64,000 nucleotides of DNA from NCBI GenBank assembly GCA_031416315.1, contig JANOTL010000098.1, positions 1-64,000 of the forward strand. Direction: 5' to 3'. Source of the DNA: Pseudomonadota bacterium (GTDB taxonomy: Bacteria > Bdellovibrionota_B > Oligoflexia > Oligoflexales > CAIYRB01). The notes under the pieces were generated by a model, which searched no databases, was not told where the DNA came from, and saw only the letters and a program-made list of their open reading frames with translations. Positions 18,206 through 28,365 of this stretch are shown here, piece after piece (position 1 is the first letter of the stretch; the number at the start of each line of letters is the position of its first letter). Position numbers and translations under genes: made by a program.

Positions 18206-18382
18206 GGCAGGGGTTGCGCCGCAAGGGGGCTACGGCGTTGACGTTTTCGCGCAGAGGGGAGCTATGGCAACTGTCAAGGCGTTTGCCGCATGTTCCGGAT
18301 CAGGACGGAGATTTCAGGAGCCCGGCCAGACGCTCGTCGGGACAAAAGCCGACGGATTCGTAAATGGCGGCGGCGTGATAGC

Positions 18383-19399
18383 CTATCCTTTGCGCTTCTT
18401 CGTCGTGCCCTTGGCCGTCTTCAGCGGCTGATCTTGGCCCAAGACGAGGACGACCAAGGTCTCGCCGCGGTCGTCGCGCGCGGCGAGGCCCGCGACCGTC
18501 GCCGAGCCGTTCAGCAGCAGCTCGCGATGCCGCGGCGAGTTCCACAGGAGCCAGGCCATGCGCTCGGGGTCGCGCCCTTTGACGCGGTTCTCGCCGAGGA
18601 GTTTGATCTCGCCCGCGTCGAGGCTTTCGCCGACCTTCTTCAAGAGCTCGCGGTCGTGATTGAGCGAAGGATTGATGGCGAGGATGGAGGCCTCCTCGTT
18701 CATCTCCCGCTTGAAGACGACGGGCTGCGCTCCCGCCGCGCGGCGGACGGCGAGGATCCAGGACTCGAGGCGCTGCAGAGTCGTGCCGCCGCCGCCGAAG
18801 GCCGCGCTTTCGGGGACGATCTCGCTCGGGCCCTTGCCGACGGGCGCGAGGAACCACAGCACCGGTCCCTGCGTGCGCGGGCGCGGGGGTTGGCAGCTGA
18901 CGCCGAGGACGCCGTCGCCGAGGTCCTTCGCCGCGACCGTGCGCGCGGCGCCCAGTTGCTTCGTCGTGAAGCCGTCGGTCGGCGCGAAGTCGACGCGAAA
19001 GGACGCGCAGGCGTCGATGAGCGACGCCGGCAGATGCAGGGCGCCCGTCTTCGCGTCGACTTTCAGCGGCTCGGCGGAAGGTAGGGCGACGGCCCACCCG
19101 CTGCCGTCGGGACAGCTCCCGGCCGCGTAACCCGCGAAATGCCGCACGCGCGCGATGGCGCGGGCTTTGCGCTCGAGCTCCGCCATCGTCGGCGCGCGAC
19201 CGGCGCGTAGAGCGGCGCGGCGGCCGTCCATCTGCGCGTCGAAGACGCCGGCGGCCCAGGCGGCCAGAGGCCGCTCGTCCGGCGTCTCGGCGCAGGCGAC
19301 GGCGCCGAAGCTCGTCGCGACATCGGTGCGCTTCACGAGCGGCGCGGCGAAGGCGGGCGTCGCAACGGTGAGGCACGCGCACAAAAGCGGGAATTTCAT
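18383..19399 (-). CDS. Secreted protein with C-terminal CAP/SCP-like domain
   Basis: Signal peptide; LGEN and LWNSPRHRELLL motifs. Confidence 0.7.
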   Translation of the reverse strand: MKFPLLCACLTVATPAFAAPLVKRTDVATSFGAVACAETPDERPLAAWAAGVFDAQMDGRRAALRAGRAPTMAELERKARAIARVRHFAGYAAGSCPDGSGWAVALPSAEPLKVDAKTGALHLPASLIDACASFRVDFAPTDGFTTKQLGAARTVAAKDLGDGVLGVSCQPPRPRTQGPVLWFLAPVGKGPSEIVPESAAFGGGGTTLQRLESWILAVRRAAGAQPVVFKREMNEEASILAINPSLNHDRELLKKVGESLDAGEIKLLGENRVKGRDPERMAWLLWNSPRHRELLLNGSATVAGLAARDDRGETLVVLVLGQDQPLKTAKGTTKKRKG

Positions 19400-19627
19400 C
19401 GAGGATCCTTCGCGTGGGTCCCCTTACTTTAGCACCGGCATCCGGTCCTCGCCCAGCAGCACCTCGCGGTACGAGGCACGCGGAACGGGCGGTTGCGCGC
19501 TTACCGCCGCTGGATGGCGCGCGTAGGCCGATGGGAAGTGGTCGACCTAGGCAATTTGCCTCCGCCGCGGTGAGGGCGCCGCGGCCGGCCCGCCGGTGCG
19601 TGGAAGAGGACACAGCCGCCTTCGTCG

Positions 19628-20788
19628 CTAATTTTTTCCGGCATCGATCAATTTGAAGATCGTCGTCAGCTGCATGTTCGACGTGCCCTCGTAGAGCTTG
19701 CCGATCTTCGCGTCGCGGTAGAATTTCTCCGCCGGAAACTCCTTGATGAAGCCGTAGCCGCCGTAAACCTCGAGCGCGCGCGAGGCGACCTCTTCCGCGA
19801 TCTCGGAGGCCATGTACTTCGCCATCGCCGCCTCCTTAATGAAAGGGAGGCCCGCGTCTTTCAAGCGGGCGGCGTTGTAGACCATGAGCTTCGCGCACTC
19901 GGTCTTGGTCGCGAGCTCGGCGAGCTGCATCTGGATGCCTTGGAACTCGCGCAGCTGCTTGCCGAACTGCTCGCGCTGGCGGGCGTAGCCGAGGGCGCCT
20001 TCGAGCGCGCCTTCCGCGAGGCCGAGCATCTGCGCGGCGATGCCGATGCGGCCCTCGTTCAGGGTTTCGATGGCGATCTTGTAGCCTTTGCCGACCTCGC
20101 CGATGACGTTTTCCTTCGGCACTTTCACGTCGTCGAGGATCACCTCGCAAGTCGACGAGGCGCGGATGCCGAGCTTCTTCTCCTTCTTGCCGAGCTTGAA
20201 GCCGGGCATGTCACCCTCGACGATGAAGCCGGTAATGCCCTTGTAGCCTTGCGCCGGGTCGACGTTGGCGAAGACGATGAAGATCGAGGCTTCTTTCGCG
20301 TTGGTGATGAACACCTTCTTGCCCGAGAGGCGCCAGTGCTTGCCTTCATCGAAGGCGCGTGCCTTCATCGCGAAAGCGTCGGAGCCGGAGTTCGCCTCCG
20401 TCAGACAGTAGGAGCCGACCTCTTTGGTCGCCAGCCGCGGGAAATACTTCTTCTTTTGCTCGGCGGTGCCCCAGCGGCCGAAGATGTTGTTCACGAGCGT
20501 ATTCTGCACGTCGCAGACGACCGACACCGAAGGGTCGACCATCGCGAGCGCCTCGATCGCCAAGATCGCCATCATGAAGTTGCCGCCGGCGCCGCCGTAC
20601 TCCGTGGGCACCTCGATCCCCATGAGGCCCATCTCGAAGAACTGGCCGAGGAGCGAGCGGTCGAGCTCCTCCTTCTCGTCCATCTCCAGCACCTTCGGGC
20701 CGATGGCGCTCTTAGCGAACTTCAGGACTTCGTCGAAGAAGAGCTGCTCTTCCGCGCTCAGGACGGTCAAAGGCGCATGGGTCGACAT
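19628..20788 (-). CDS. Acyl-CoA dehydrogenase (short/branched-chain type)
   Basis: YCLTEANSGSDA, G.K.FITNA, KLGIRASST, LNEGRIGIAAQ, YGGYGF, YRDAKI..LYEGTS. Confidence 0.95.
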   Translation of the reverse strand: MSTHAPLTVLSAEEQLFFDEVLKFAKSAIGPKVLEMDEKEELDRSLLGQFFEMGLMGIEVPTEYGGAGGNFMMAILAIEALAMVDPSVSVVCDVQNTLVNNIFGRWGTAEQKKKYFPRLATKEVGSYCLTEANSGSDAFAMKARAFDEGKHWRLSGKKVFITNAKEASIFIVFANVDPAQGYKGITGFIVEGDMPGFKLGKKEKKLGIRASSTCEVILDDVKVPKENVIGEVGKGYKIAIETLNEGRIGIAAQMLGLAEGALEGALGYARQREQFGKQLREFQGIQMQLAELATKTECAKLMVYNAARLKDAGLPFIKEAAMAKYMASEIAEEVASRALEVYGGYGFIKEFPAEKFYRDAKIGKLYEGTSNMQLTTIFKLIDAGKN

Positions 20789-20858
20789 CGCGGCGGCTCC
20801 TGGGTCTTGGGTCCGAAAATTTACGTGTGGCGGCCGGCTATGTAAAGCCGCGCGAGCG

Positions 20859-21260
20859 TCAGTTGAAGGCGACGCCGTCGGCCACGAATTGGTAGACGAC
20901 CGTCGAGCCTTTCACCTTCGCGACCTCCGCCGGCGACTTGCCCTCGTCGGCGAGAAAATGCTGTGATTCGGCGGCGGACAGCTCCTTCTTGACGAGCTTT
21001 CCGGAGAGCGTCGCGGTCTTGCCTTTGACGTCCTTCGGCACGAAGAAGCCGTAGTTCGCGAACATGACGCGGACGCCGGTCCCCTTCGCTTCGACCGCCA
21101 TCCAGCAGCCCTTCTCTTGGCAAACGGTCTTGACCTCGCCGGTGGTGACGACCTGCGTGTCGACTTTTCCCTCGGCGACCAGCTGCGGCAAAGGGGTCAC
21201 GGGCGCCTTCGCGTCGATCGGCGCGCCGAAGGTGGAAAGCAGCAAGACGAGGTGGAGCAT
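20859..21260 (-). CDS. DUF4920 domain protein
   Basis: G.V..VCQEKGCWM, V.F..YGFFVPKD, H..D.GK; GAGG RBS before ATG 21260. Confidence 0.85.
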   Translation of the reverse strand: MLHLVLLLSTFGAPIDAKAPVTPLPQLVAEGKVDTQVVTTGEVKTVCQEKGCWMAVEAKGTGVRVMFANYGFFVPKDVKGKTATLSGKLVKKELSAAESQHFLADEGKSPAEVAKVKGSTVVYQFVADGVAFN

Positions 21261-21383
21261 GGAGTTCCTCCCTTGGGGGTGAAACCGCATCCTACCTCGA
21301 CCGCGCCTTGGTCGGCCCCGCCGTTTTGCGCCCCCGTCCGCCGCCCGCCGCGGCGCTCGCGTGCGCCTATCAAGTATTTGTAA

Positions 21384-22295
21384 TTACAGTATTTTTGACG
21401 TTTCCACGGCCGCTCTCGCGGTTTGCGGCAGGACCGGGCGCGCCTCGGGCAGCCGCGCCGCGCGAATCTCGGCGTACGCGACCTGCACCTCATCCTCCAG
21501 GTCGCTCAGCTGGCGGACGGCGCGGCGCAGGCGCTCGTCGGTCCTTTCGGCGCCGCCGCGCGCTTTGCCGAGCACGAGGTCGCGGCAGAAGCTCATCATC
21601 GTCGCCGACTTCTGCGCGTAGCGGCCATGCACGGCGAGAAAGCGCGAGGCTGCCGCGTCGCCGCGCACGCCGGCGGTCAGCTCGGCCAGGAAATCCGCGA
21701 GGCCGCGGAGGATCGGGCTTTCGCGCGCGTCGTCCCAGGTCTCGCCCAGGCGCGCGCCAAGCGCGCGGGACGCCTCGCGGTTCGCATGCTCGACGGCGAG
21801 CTCGTGATAGGCCTCGACGAGGCGGCGCTGCTCCTTCTTCACGAGCGTGAGCTGGCCGTCGAGGTAGGTCTCGGTCTTGCCCAGGCTCGCTTTGCGGATC
21901 GACAGGCCGACGAGATCGTCGCCGACGGAGATGCCGTCGACGCGCGCGACGCCTATGGCCAAGCGCGCGCGCACGAGGCGGAGCCAGTGGTTTTTCGTCA
22001 TCACGTCGCCGCGGCGTGCGGCGTGGGCGCGGAGCCTTTCGGCGTAGGTCTTGGTCCAGTGGAAGAGGGCTTTCTCGCGCGGGAGGAGGAGAAGCTCCTT
22101 CGCGGTGAGTTGCTCCAGCGCCTTCAGAACGCGCTCGAGTCGCGCCGCCGCGCGCAAGGCGGTCGTCTTGCGCGACAGGAGATCGCGACGTGCGGTGCGC
22201 GGGCCGTGGCCCGAGCTCTGCGCGAGGCTCGCGATCTCGAGCTCCATCGCGGCGAGCTCATGATCCCAGCGCTCGAAGAGGGCTTTGGCGCTCAT
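21384..22295 (-). CDS. Hypothetical alpha-helical protein
   Basis: Start MSAKALFERW overlaps (ATGA) the stop of the upstream gene; Leu/Ala/Arg/Glu-rich. Confidence 0.6.
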   Translation of the reverse strand: MSAKALFERWDHELAAMELEIASLAQSSGHGPRTARRDLLSRKTTALRAAARLERVLKALEQLTAKELLLLPREKALFHWTKTYAERLRAHAARRGDVMTKNHWLRLVRARLAIGVARVDGISVGDDLVGLSIRKASLGKTETYLDGQLTLVKKEQRRLVEAYHELAVEHANREASRALGARLGETWDDARESPILRGLADFLAELTAGVRGDAAASRFLAVHGRYAQKSATMMSFCRDLVLGKARGGAERTDERLRRAVRQLSDLEDEVQVAYAEIRAARLPEARPVLPQTARAAVETSKIL

Positions 22296-23365
22296 GGCAC
22301 GAGCTCCTCGAAGACGGGACCGAGGGCGGGCTCGGCCGGAACTTCCCGCGGCGAGGTTCCCACCTGCGGCGCCTCGCCGCGTGGCGCGATCTCCTTGCGC
22401 AGCTCGGCCCGCGTCTTCCGCCACACGTCCTCGAGCGCCTGCTCCGGTCGCAGGAGGCGCTGCGCGGCCTCGACGCTCGCCGCGGCCGGCTGCGCCTTCG
22501 CGCGGCCCATGACGTCCTCCCAAAACCGCTCGATCGTCGCGCGTCGCTGCCGAGCCTTTTGGAGTTGCGGCGCCACGATCTTCTCGGCTTCGCCGCGGGC
22601 TCGGTTGAGCTCGCTCGGCGGCGGCGGGAAGAACGGCGCCGTCACTTCGGTCAGGAGCTTCTGCCGCCGCACGCGGATCATGCCCGCGAGCTTCGTCGCC
22701 TTCGCCTCTTCCTTACGATACGCGGTGCGGAGCCGCGCGACGCGCACCAACGCTTGATCGAGCTCGCGGTAAAGCGAGACCAGCCGATCAAGGGTCGACC
22801 GCGCCGCTTCGCGCCTTTTGCCCGCCACGCCGAAAGCCGCGACGAGCTTCTCCGCGTGCCGCTCCTGCGCCTCGCCCGTGGCCTCCAAGGCCTGACCGCT
22901 GCGCCCGTGCTTGTCGATGAGCTTCCGCAGCTTCGCTAGCCGGAAGATCGAGCCCAGGGCCAGCGCCTTGCCGCGCACCGCCTGATCGAGCCAACGGTGC
23001 ACCGTTTCGGCTTCTTCGGCCAGCGCCTCGTCCCCGTCCGCGCGCGCCGCGAGGTGCTCGTCGCACATCGCGCGCTCCTGCGGCGTCAGGGTCTCGAGCG
23101 CCGGAAGGCCCGTCAGCTCCTGCACCGCGTCGCTGCGATCCTCGCCGACGCCATTCACGAGTATCTTGCGCAAGGTCGAGACGTCGTTGTGCGCCTTGCC
23201 CAAGCGCTTCAGGCGGCGCATGAACGCGGTCTGACCGACGGCGCCGCCGCGCGCCATTTCCTTCAGCTCTGCTTCGAGCGTGAGGAGGCGGTGCTCGAGC
23301 TGGGTCACGGTGTCGCGGTGTGACGATTGGGTGGAGATACTGGGACTCTTGGGGGAGAATGACAT
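22292..23365 (-). CDS. Hypothetical coiled-coil protein
   Basis: Long helical E/R/A/L-rich ORF divergent from hemE; start at MSFSPK inferred. Confidence 0.6.
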   Translation of the reverse strand: MSFSPKSPSISTQSSHRDTVTQLEHRLLTLEAELKEMARGGAVGQTAFMRRLKRLGKAHNDVSTLRKILVNGVGEDRSDAVQELTGLPALETLTPQERAMCDEHLAARADGDEALAEEAETVHRWLDQAVRGKALALGSIFRLAKLRKLIDKHGRSGQALEATGEAQERHAEKLVAAFGVAGKRREAARSTLDRLVSLYRELDQALVRVARLRTAYRKEEAKATKLAGMIRVRRQKLLTEVTAPFFPPPPSELNRARGEAEKIVAPQLQKARQRRATIERFWEDVMGRAKAQPAAASVEAAQRLLRPEQALEDVWRKTRAELRKEIAPRGEAPQVGTSPREVPAEPALGPVFEELVP

Positions 23366-23450
23366 TGGAAAATGGCGGGGCCGGAGGCCGGGCCTCCAGC
23401 CATTTTCCCATGCTAAGATCTCCCCTCCAAATACGAGGCAAAAGCTGCCC

Positions 23451-24494
23451 ATGACCACGATCCAAAAGCCCCTCGTCCAAGCCGCGCGCGGCGAGAAGCC
23501 CAGCCGCAATCCCGTGTGGTTCATGCGCCAGGCCGGCCGCTATCTGGCGGAATACCGCGAGGTCCGGGCGAAGGTGAGCTTCGTCGAGATGTGCCAGACG
23601 CCGGCTCTGGCCGCGGAGGTTACGCTGCAGCCTTTGCGCCGTTACGACCTCGACGCCGCCATCATCTTCTCCGACATCCTGATCCCCTGCGCCGCCATGG
23701 GCCAGGATTTCACGCTGGCGAAGGACGAAGGCCCGCAGCTCGCGCCGCCGGTGCGGACGGCCGAGGACGTCAAGCGCCTTAAGCGCCCGAACGCGGAGAA
23801 GGACCTAGGCTACGTCGGCGACGCGATCACCTTGACGAAGAAGTCGATGCGGCCGGAGCAGACGATGATCGGCTTCGCCGGCGCGCCGTTCACCGTCGCG
23901 AGCTACATGGTCGAAGGCGCCTCGAGCAAGAACTTCACCGAGGTGAAGCGCCTCTTGTTCCGCGAGCCCGAGACCTTCGTCGCACTTCTCGACCACATCG
24001 CCGACGTCACCATCGATTACCTGAAAATGCAGGTGAAAGCCGGTGCCGACGCGCTCATGCTCTTCGACACCTGGGCGGGCAATCTCACCGGCGCCGACTA
24101 CCGTGCGTACGCGTTCCCGTCGGTCGCGAAGGTCCTGCGCGAGATCCGCAAGAGCGGCGTTCCGGCGATCTATTACCCGGGCCAAGGCTTGGACAAGATG
24201 TTCGAGCTCCAGGGCTTGGAGGTCGACATGATCTCGGTCGACTGGCGCACGCGCCTAGGCCACGCCGCCAAGACCTTGAAGAGCGTCGGGCTCGACGTCA
24301 GCATGCAAGGCAACCTCGACCCGCAGCAGCTCATCGCCGACGAGAAGACCGTGCGCGCTCGCGCCAGGCAGCTCGTCGAGGACGTCAAGGGAGCCGGCAT
24401 GCGCGGCCACGTCTATAACGTCGGCCACGGCCTTCTGCCCCACATCCCCCCGGAATCATTGCATTGGGTGATCGACGAAGTGCACCGCGGGTAA
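23451..24494 (+). CDS. hemE: Uroporphyrinogen decarboxylase
   Basis: PVWFMRQAGRYL.EYR, DAAIIFSDIL, IGFAGAPFT.ASY, QGNLDP, NVGHG. Confidence 0.97.
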   Translation: MTTIQKPLVQAARGEKPSRNPVWFMRQAGRYLAEYREVRAKVSFVEMCQTPALAAEVTLQPLRRYDLDAAIIFSDILIPCAAMGQDFTLAKDEGPQLAPPVRTAEDVKRLKRPNAEKDLGYVGDAITLTKKSMRPEQTMIGFAGAPFTVASYMVEGASSKNFTEVKRLLFREPETFVALLDHIADVTIDYLKMQVKAGADALMLFDTWAGNLTGADYRAYAFPSVAKVLREIRKSGVPAIYYPGQGLDKMFELQGLEVDMISVDWRTRLGHAAKTLKSVGLDVSMQGNLDPQQLIADEKTVRARARQLVEDVKGAGMRGHVYNVGHGLLPHIPPESLHWVIDEVHRG

Positions 24495-24557
24495 GTGGCT
24501 GCGCGCTAAGATGATATGATGGCGGGACTCCATCCATTTCATCGGAGACGCACCCGC

Positions 24558-25793
24558 ATGCGGGCTTACGCTTTCGTCACTACGATTCTCTGGGCGACCG
24601 CCGCCGCGACTTCGGCGAGCGCCACGCCGTGGCCTCAGCCGAGCTTCGCGAAAACGCCGCTGTCGATCGCCGAGCCCCTGCTCGAGCGCGCCGAATGCCG
24701 CGAATTCATGCAGTTCCTGGGCCTCGGTCAAGGCAAGGGCACTTTGCGCTCCGACGGCGTCGCGGTGCTCCATCAAGGCAAATTCCTCTTCACCGTCGCC
24801 AAAGAGCCCTTCGACGAGAACCGGGTCCACCCGATCTGGTCGTCCTCGAAGAGCGTGACGTCGGCGATCGTCGGCGCCGCCATCCACGCCGGCCTGCAAA
24901 ATCCCTCGGGCGCGAAGCTCACGCTCGAGGATCACGTCGCCGACTTCCTCCCGCGTGCGCCGACCGGGGACGCGTTCCAGGACCAGTCGTTCAAGAATCT
25001 GAAGCTCCGCCATCTGCTCGAGATGGGCTCCGGCCTCGCGTGGTCCGAGTCCTACGAGGCCGGGATCGTCGGCTCGAACGTCCTGCAGATGGTCTACCTC
25101 TCCGGCTACAAGGACATGGCGAAGTACGTCTTGAGCCAGAAGTTCGTCGAGCCGGGGCCGGGCAAGATCTACAACTACTCGAGCGGCGACATGAGCCTCG
25201 TGTGGGCTGTGCTCAAAGCTTCGTGCAAGGTCACGCCGGGCTGCGACTACGACCGCATGCCTTGGAAGCTCTTCTTCGAGCCGCTCGGTCTTTCGCCGAA
25301 GGTCGCGTTCGAGCAGGACGGCGCCGGCACCTACGTCGGCTCGAGTTACGTGCAGATGTCGCTCGTCGACATGGCGAAGGTCGGGTATCTGATGCTTCGC
25401 GACGGGGTTTGGAGCGTCAGGCAAGCTGACGGCACGTACAAGGAGACCCGCCTTCTCCCGGAAGGCTACGTGGGGCAGACGCGAACTCCCGGCGAGTCCT
25501 ATCTGAGCGAGGCGACCAAGATCACCAACATGCTCTCCGAAGGCGTCTATGGGCTCACCTGGTGGCTCAACATCGGCGCCAAAGGCTTCGACGTCGGCTC
25601 CTACCCGTCTTTTCCTCCGGACATGTACGCGGCCCTCGGCCACTACGGTCAGCTGATCATCATCATTCCATCGCAAGATCTGGTCGTGGTCCGCACCGGC
25701 GCCGACCTCGAGTACAACACCAAGATCCCGAAGTTCGGCGAGCTGCTCTATCCGTGCTTGACGCACTTCGGCGTGGGAGGGAACCCGACGTGA
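24558..25793 (+). CDS. Exported serine hydrolase, beta-lactamase class C family
   Basis: WSSSKS (SxxK), YNYSSG, LFFEPLG, ALGHYGQ.III.PS.DLVVVR. Confidence 0.9.
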   Translation: MRAYAFVTTILWATAAATSASATPWPQPSFAKTPLSIAEPLLERAECREFMQFLGLGQGKGTLRSDGVAVLHQGKFLFTVAKEPFDENRVHPIWSSSKSVTSAIVGAAIHAGLQNPSGAKLTLEDHVADFLPRAPTGDAFQDQSFKNLKLRHLLEMGSGLAWSESYEAGIVGSNVLQMVYLSGYKDMAKYVLSQKFVEPGPGKIYNYSSGDMSLVWAVLKASCKVTPGCDYDRMPWKLFFEPLGLSPKVAFEQDGAGTYVGSSYVQMSLVDMAKVGYLMLRDGVWSVRQADGTYKETRLLPEGYVGQTRTPGESYLSEATKITNMLSEGVYGLTWWLNIGAKGFDVGSYPSFPPDMYAALGHYGQLIIIIPSQDLVVVRTGADLEYNTKIPKFGELLYPCLTHFGVGGNPT

Positions 25794-26332
25794 AAAACTC
25801 CAAGCTCCTAGCCGTCGCGGCGCTCCTCGCTCTCGCAGGCTGCCGCTCCCCGAATGCGAATCAGCCGAGCTCGGCCCTGCGCGCCGATGCGGCGGCCGAC
25901 GCCGCTACCCCGGCTGCGGACGCCATGAGCGGCGTCGGCGCCTCCGGCCCGGCGGCGCAGAGCGCCTTCGAGAAGAACAAGGAAGCCATCATCTACGCGC
26001 TGAAATCCGGCCTCCTCACCAGCATGTACGCGAAGGAGGTCTGCTCCTGCGTCTTCCTGACGAAGCTGGACCACAAGACCTGCATCGCGCGCACCAACAT
26101 GTACGTGACCGCTCTCGCCGTCACCGCGGAGATCGACACGGTGAAGAAGCGCGTCAAGGGCATCGGCAAGGCCGCCGAGACGAAGGAGCTCGCGGCTCAG
26201 TACTTGCCGGGCGTCGATCCGACGACCTTGAATCCGCCCTTCGAGGCGGAGTTTCGTGAAGGCCAGCCGCACCTCGGTTGCCGCATCGTCACGGAGCCGA
26301 AGATCATGGCGAACGACGGAGGTGCTCCGTGA
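25790..26332 (+). CDS. Lipoprotein, putative partner of the serine hydrolase
   Basis: GTG start overlapping the upstream TGA; lipobox LAGC; YAKEVCSCVF...C...GC motif. Confidence 0.75.
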   Translation: MKNSKLLAVAALLALAGCRSPNANQPSSALRADAAADAATPAADAMSGVGASGPAAQSAFEKNKEAIIYALKSGLLTSMYAKEVCSCVFLTKLDHKTCIARTNMYVTALAVTAEIDTVKKRVKGIGKAAETKELAAQYLPGVDPTTLNPPFEAEFREGQPHLGCRIVTEPKIMANDGGAP

Positions 26333-28365
26333 AAAAGTCCCTGAGCTTCGCGGCCCTCCTCCTCGCCGCCCAGTCGCAAGCCTGCCGCCCCGCCGGCAGC
26401 ACCAGCGCCGGACTGAAGGACGAAGGCGTAGCCGACAGCGTCGCGACCGAAGGCGGCTGCCTCGCCGCCTTGCCTTCCCTCGCGCAGTACGACTGGATCG
26501 AGGACACCGGCAAGGAAGAGCTGGCGAAGGTCTTCGAGGCCTGCCTCGGCGAGTACATCCGCATCAAGACCGTGAATCCTCCTGGCAACGAGGACCAGGC
26601 GACCGCTTTCCTCGGCAAGATGTTCGAGGCCATGGGCGTGCCCTACCGCGTCGTCACCGTAACGGACGACGCGACGGGCGCGCAGCGCTCGAATCTGATC
26701 GCCGGCTGGCCCGCGCTCCGCGATCCGAACGCGACTGGCGCGGCCGGTCGCGGCATCGTCCTGATGAATCACATGGACGTGGTCCACGCCGAAGCCGAGG
26801 AATGGCGCAAGATCGAGGGCGCTCCCGACGCCCCCTTCAGCGGCGCGATCACCGAGATCGACGGCGAGAAGGTGATTTTCGGCCGCGGCGCGATCGACAT
26901 GAAGGACATCGGCATCATGCAGGCGCTGACACTCGGCCTCATGAAGCTGCGCAACGTCACGCCGCCCGTCCCCGTGTACTTCGTCGCGACCGCCGACGAG
27001 GAGAACGACGCGATCGGCATCCGCGGGCTGATGAAGGAAGCGCTCCCGGGCGGCAAGGCTCCCGAGCTGCGCGAGCCCTTCGTCGTCCTGAACGAGGGCG
27101 GCTTCGGCATCCGCGGCGCTCTGGGCACCGCTTCCACCCTCCACGCCATCGGCACGGAAGAGCGCGGCGGCGCCTGGCTCGAGGTCTCGGCGAAGGACGC
27201 CACGACGGCGTTCAAGACCTTGGCGGCGCTGAGTATCACACCGACCACCAAAGACGTCGCCGCGACGCGCCTCAAGCACAAAGCCAAGGCTGACGCGGCC
27301 GCCTGCAAGATCGAGTCGGCCTCCACCGAGAAGACCAAGGCCAACGTGGTCCCCTCGCGCGCGAAAATGCGCTTCACCTGCTCCGCCGACCTCGACGACG
27401 CGCTGCTGAAAGACGCTTTCGATCCGACGCCTCTCTGGGAGAAGCGGAAGAGCGCGTGGCGCGCCTCCGGTCCCGCGACCCCGGTGAAGGTTGAGGTCAC
27501 GCGGCCCGTCGCCGGCGTGATCGAAGTGGCGCTGTCGACCGCGACCACCGGTCACGGCTCGTCCTTTGCCGGCATCTCGGCGCTCGACGCGATGGCCTAT
27601 GGCGCGCAGGCGCTCGGCGCCGTGCCGCCGCTCACCTCGCCCAGCCTACCGAAGGCCTTCGCTTACAAGCTGACGCCCGCGTCGCGCCGCCTTCTCTCGA
27701 CGGCGGCGAAGCATCACGATCTTCTCGGCGGCATCGTGCCGGCGGTCGAGAACCTCGACCAATACCTCGACAAGATCGACACGATGCTCGGGCAGAAAGC
27801 CTTCGACGCCCTGGCGAGCCGCTTCGGCATCGACAAGCTTTTCCGCACCGCCTGTACCTGGACCGGCTTCGACGCACAGGCCGCCGGCGCGGCGAAGCTC
27901 ACCCTTGACTGCCGCCTGATCGACCTCGAGCCCACCGGCCCCGGCAAACCGAGTCATCCGGAGACCTTCGTGAAGGCGCTGAAAGCGCACTTCGCGGCGC
28001 AAAGCTTGGCGGGCGTCGACATCAAGACGCTGACGGGCTGGAATTTCACTTCGAGCCCGGTCGACGGCCCTTACTACAAAGCCATCGCCGACACCGTGGA
28101 GAAGAGCTTTGCCGGCTCGATCGCGACGCCCTTCATGATTCCGGGCGGCACGGACAGTACGTATACGCGCGACCCGTCTTCGTTGGGTCTTACGGCGTTG
28201 GCGGGGGTGCCGTCCTACGGCGTCACTCCGGCGATCGTGACGGTCGACGTGGTGTCGACGTTTCACGGTTCGAACGAGCGGTTTCCGGTGTCGCAGTTTG
28301 CGCCGAGCGTGCGGGCTTACGTGAAGATGGTGATGAAGCTGGCGGCCGTGGCCGCCGCACCCTAA
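26329..28365 (+). CDS. M20/M25/M40 family metallo-hydrolase, probable lipoprotein
   Basis: TVNPPGNE, NHMDVV, GRGAIDMK, ADEE, LNEGG, PGGTDS, HGSNER; GTGA overlap with the upstream gene. Confidence 0.9.
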   Translation: MKKSLSFAALLLAAQSQACRPAGSTSAGLKDEGVADSVATEGGCLAALPSLAQYDWIEDTGKEELAKVFEACLGEYIRIKTVNPPGNEDQATAFLGKMFEAMGVPYRVVTVTDDATGAQRSNLIAGWPALRDPNATGAAGRGIVLMNHMDVVHAEAEEWRKIEGAPDAPFSGAITEIDGEKVIFGRGAIDMKDIGIMQALTLGLMKLRNVTPPVPVYFVATADEENDAIGIRGLMKEALPGGKAPELREPFVVLNEGGFGIRGALGTASTLHAIGTEERGGAWLEVSAKDATTAFKTLAALSITPTTKDVAATRLKHKAKADAAACKIESASTEKTKANVVPSRAKMRFTCSADLDDALLKDAFDPTPLWEKRKSAWRASGPATPVKVEVTRPVAGVIEVALSTATTGHGSSFAGISALDAMAYGAQALGAVPPLTSPSLPKAFAYKLTPASRRLLSTAAKHHDLLGGIVPAVENLDQYLDKIDTMLGQKAFDALASRFGIDKLFRTACTWTGFDAQAAGAAKLTLDCRLIDLEPTGPGKPSHPETFVKALKAHFAAQSLAGVDIKTLTGWNFTSSPVDGPYYKAIADTVEKSFAGSIATPFMIPGGTDSTYTRDPSSLGLTALAGVPSYGVTPAIVTVDVVSTFHGSNERFPVSQFAPSVRAYVKMVMKLAAVAAAP

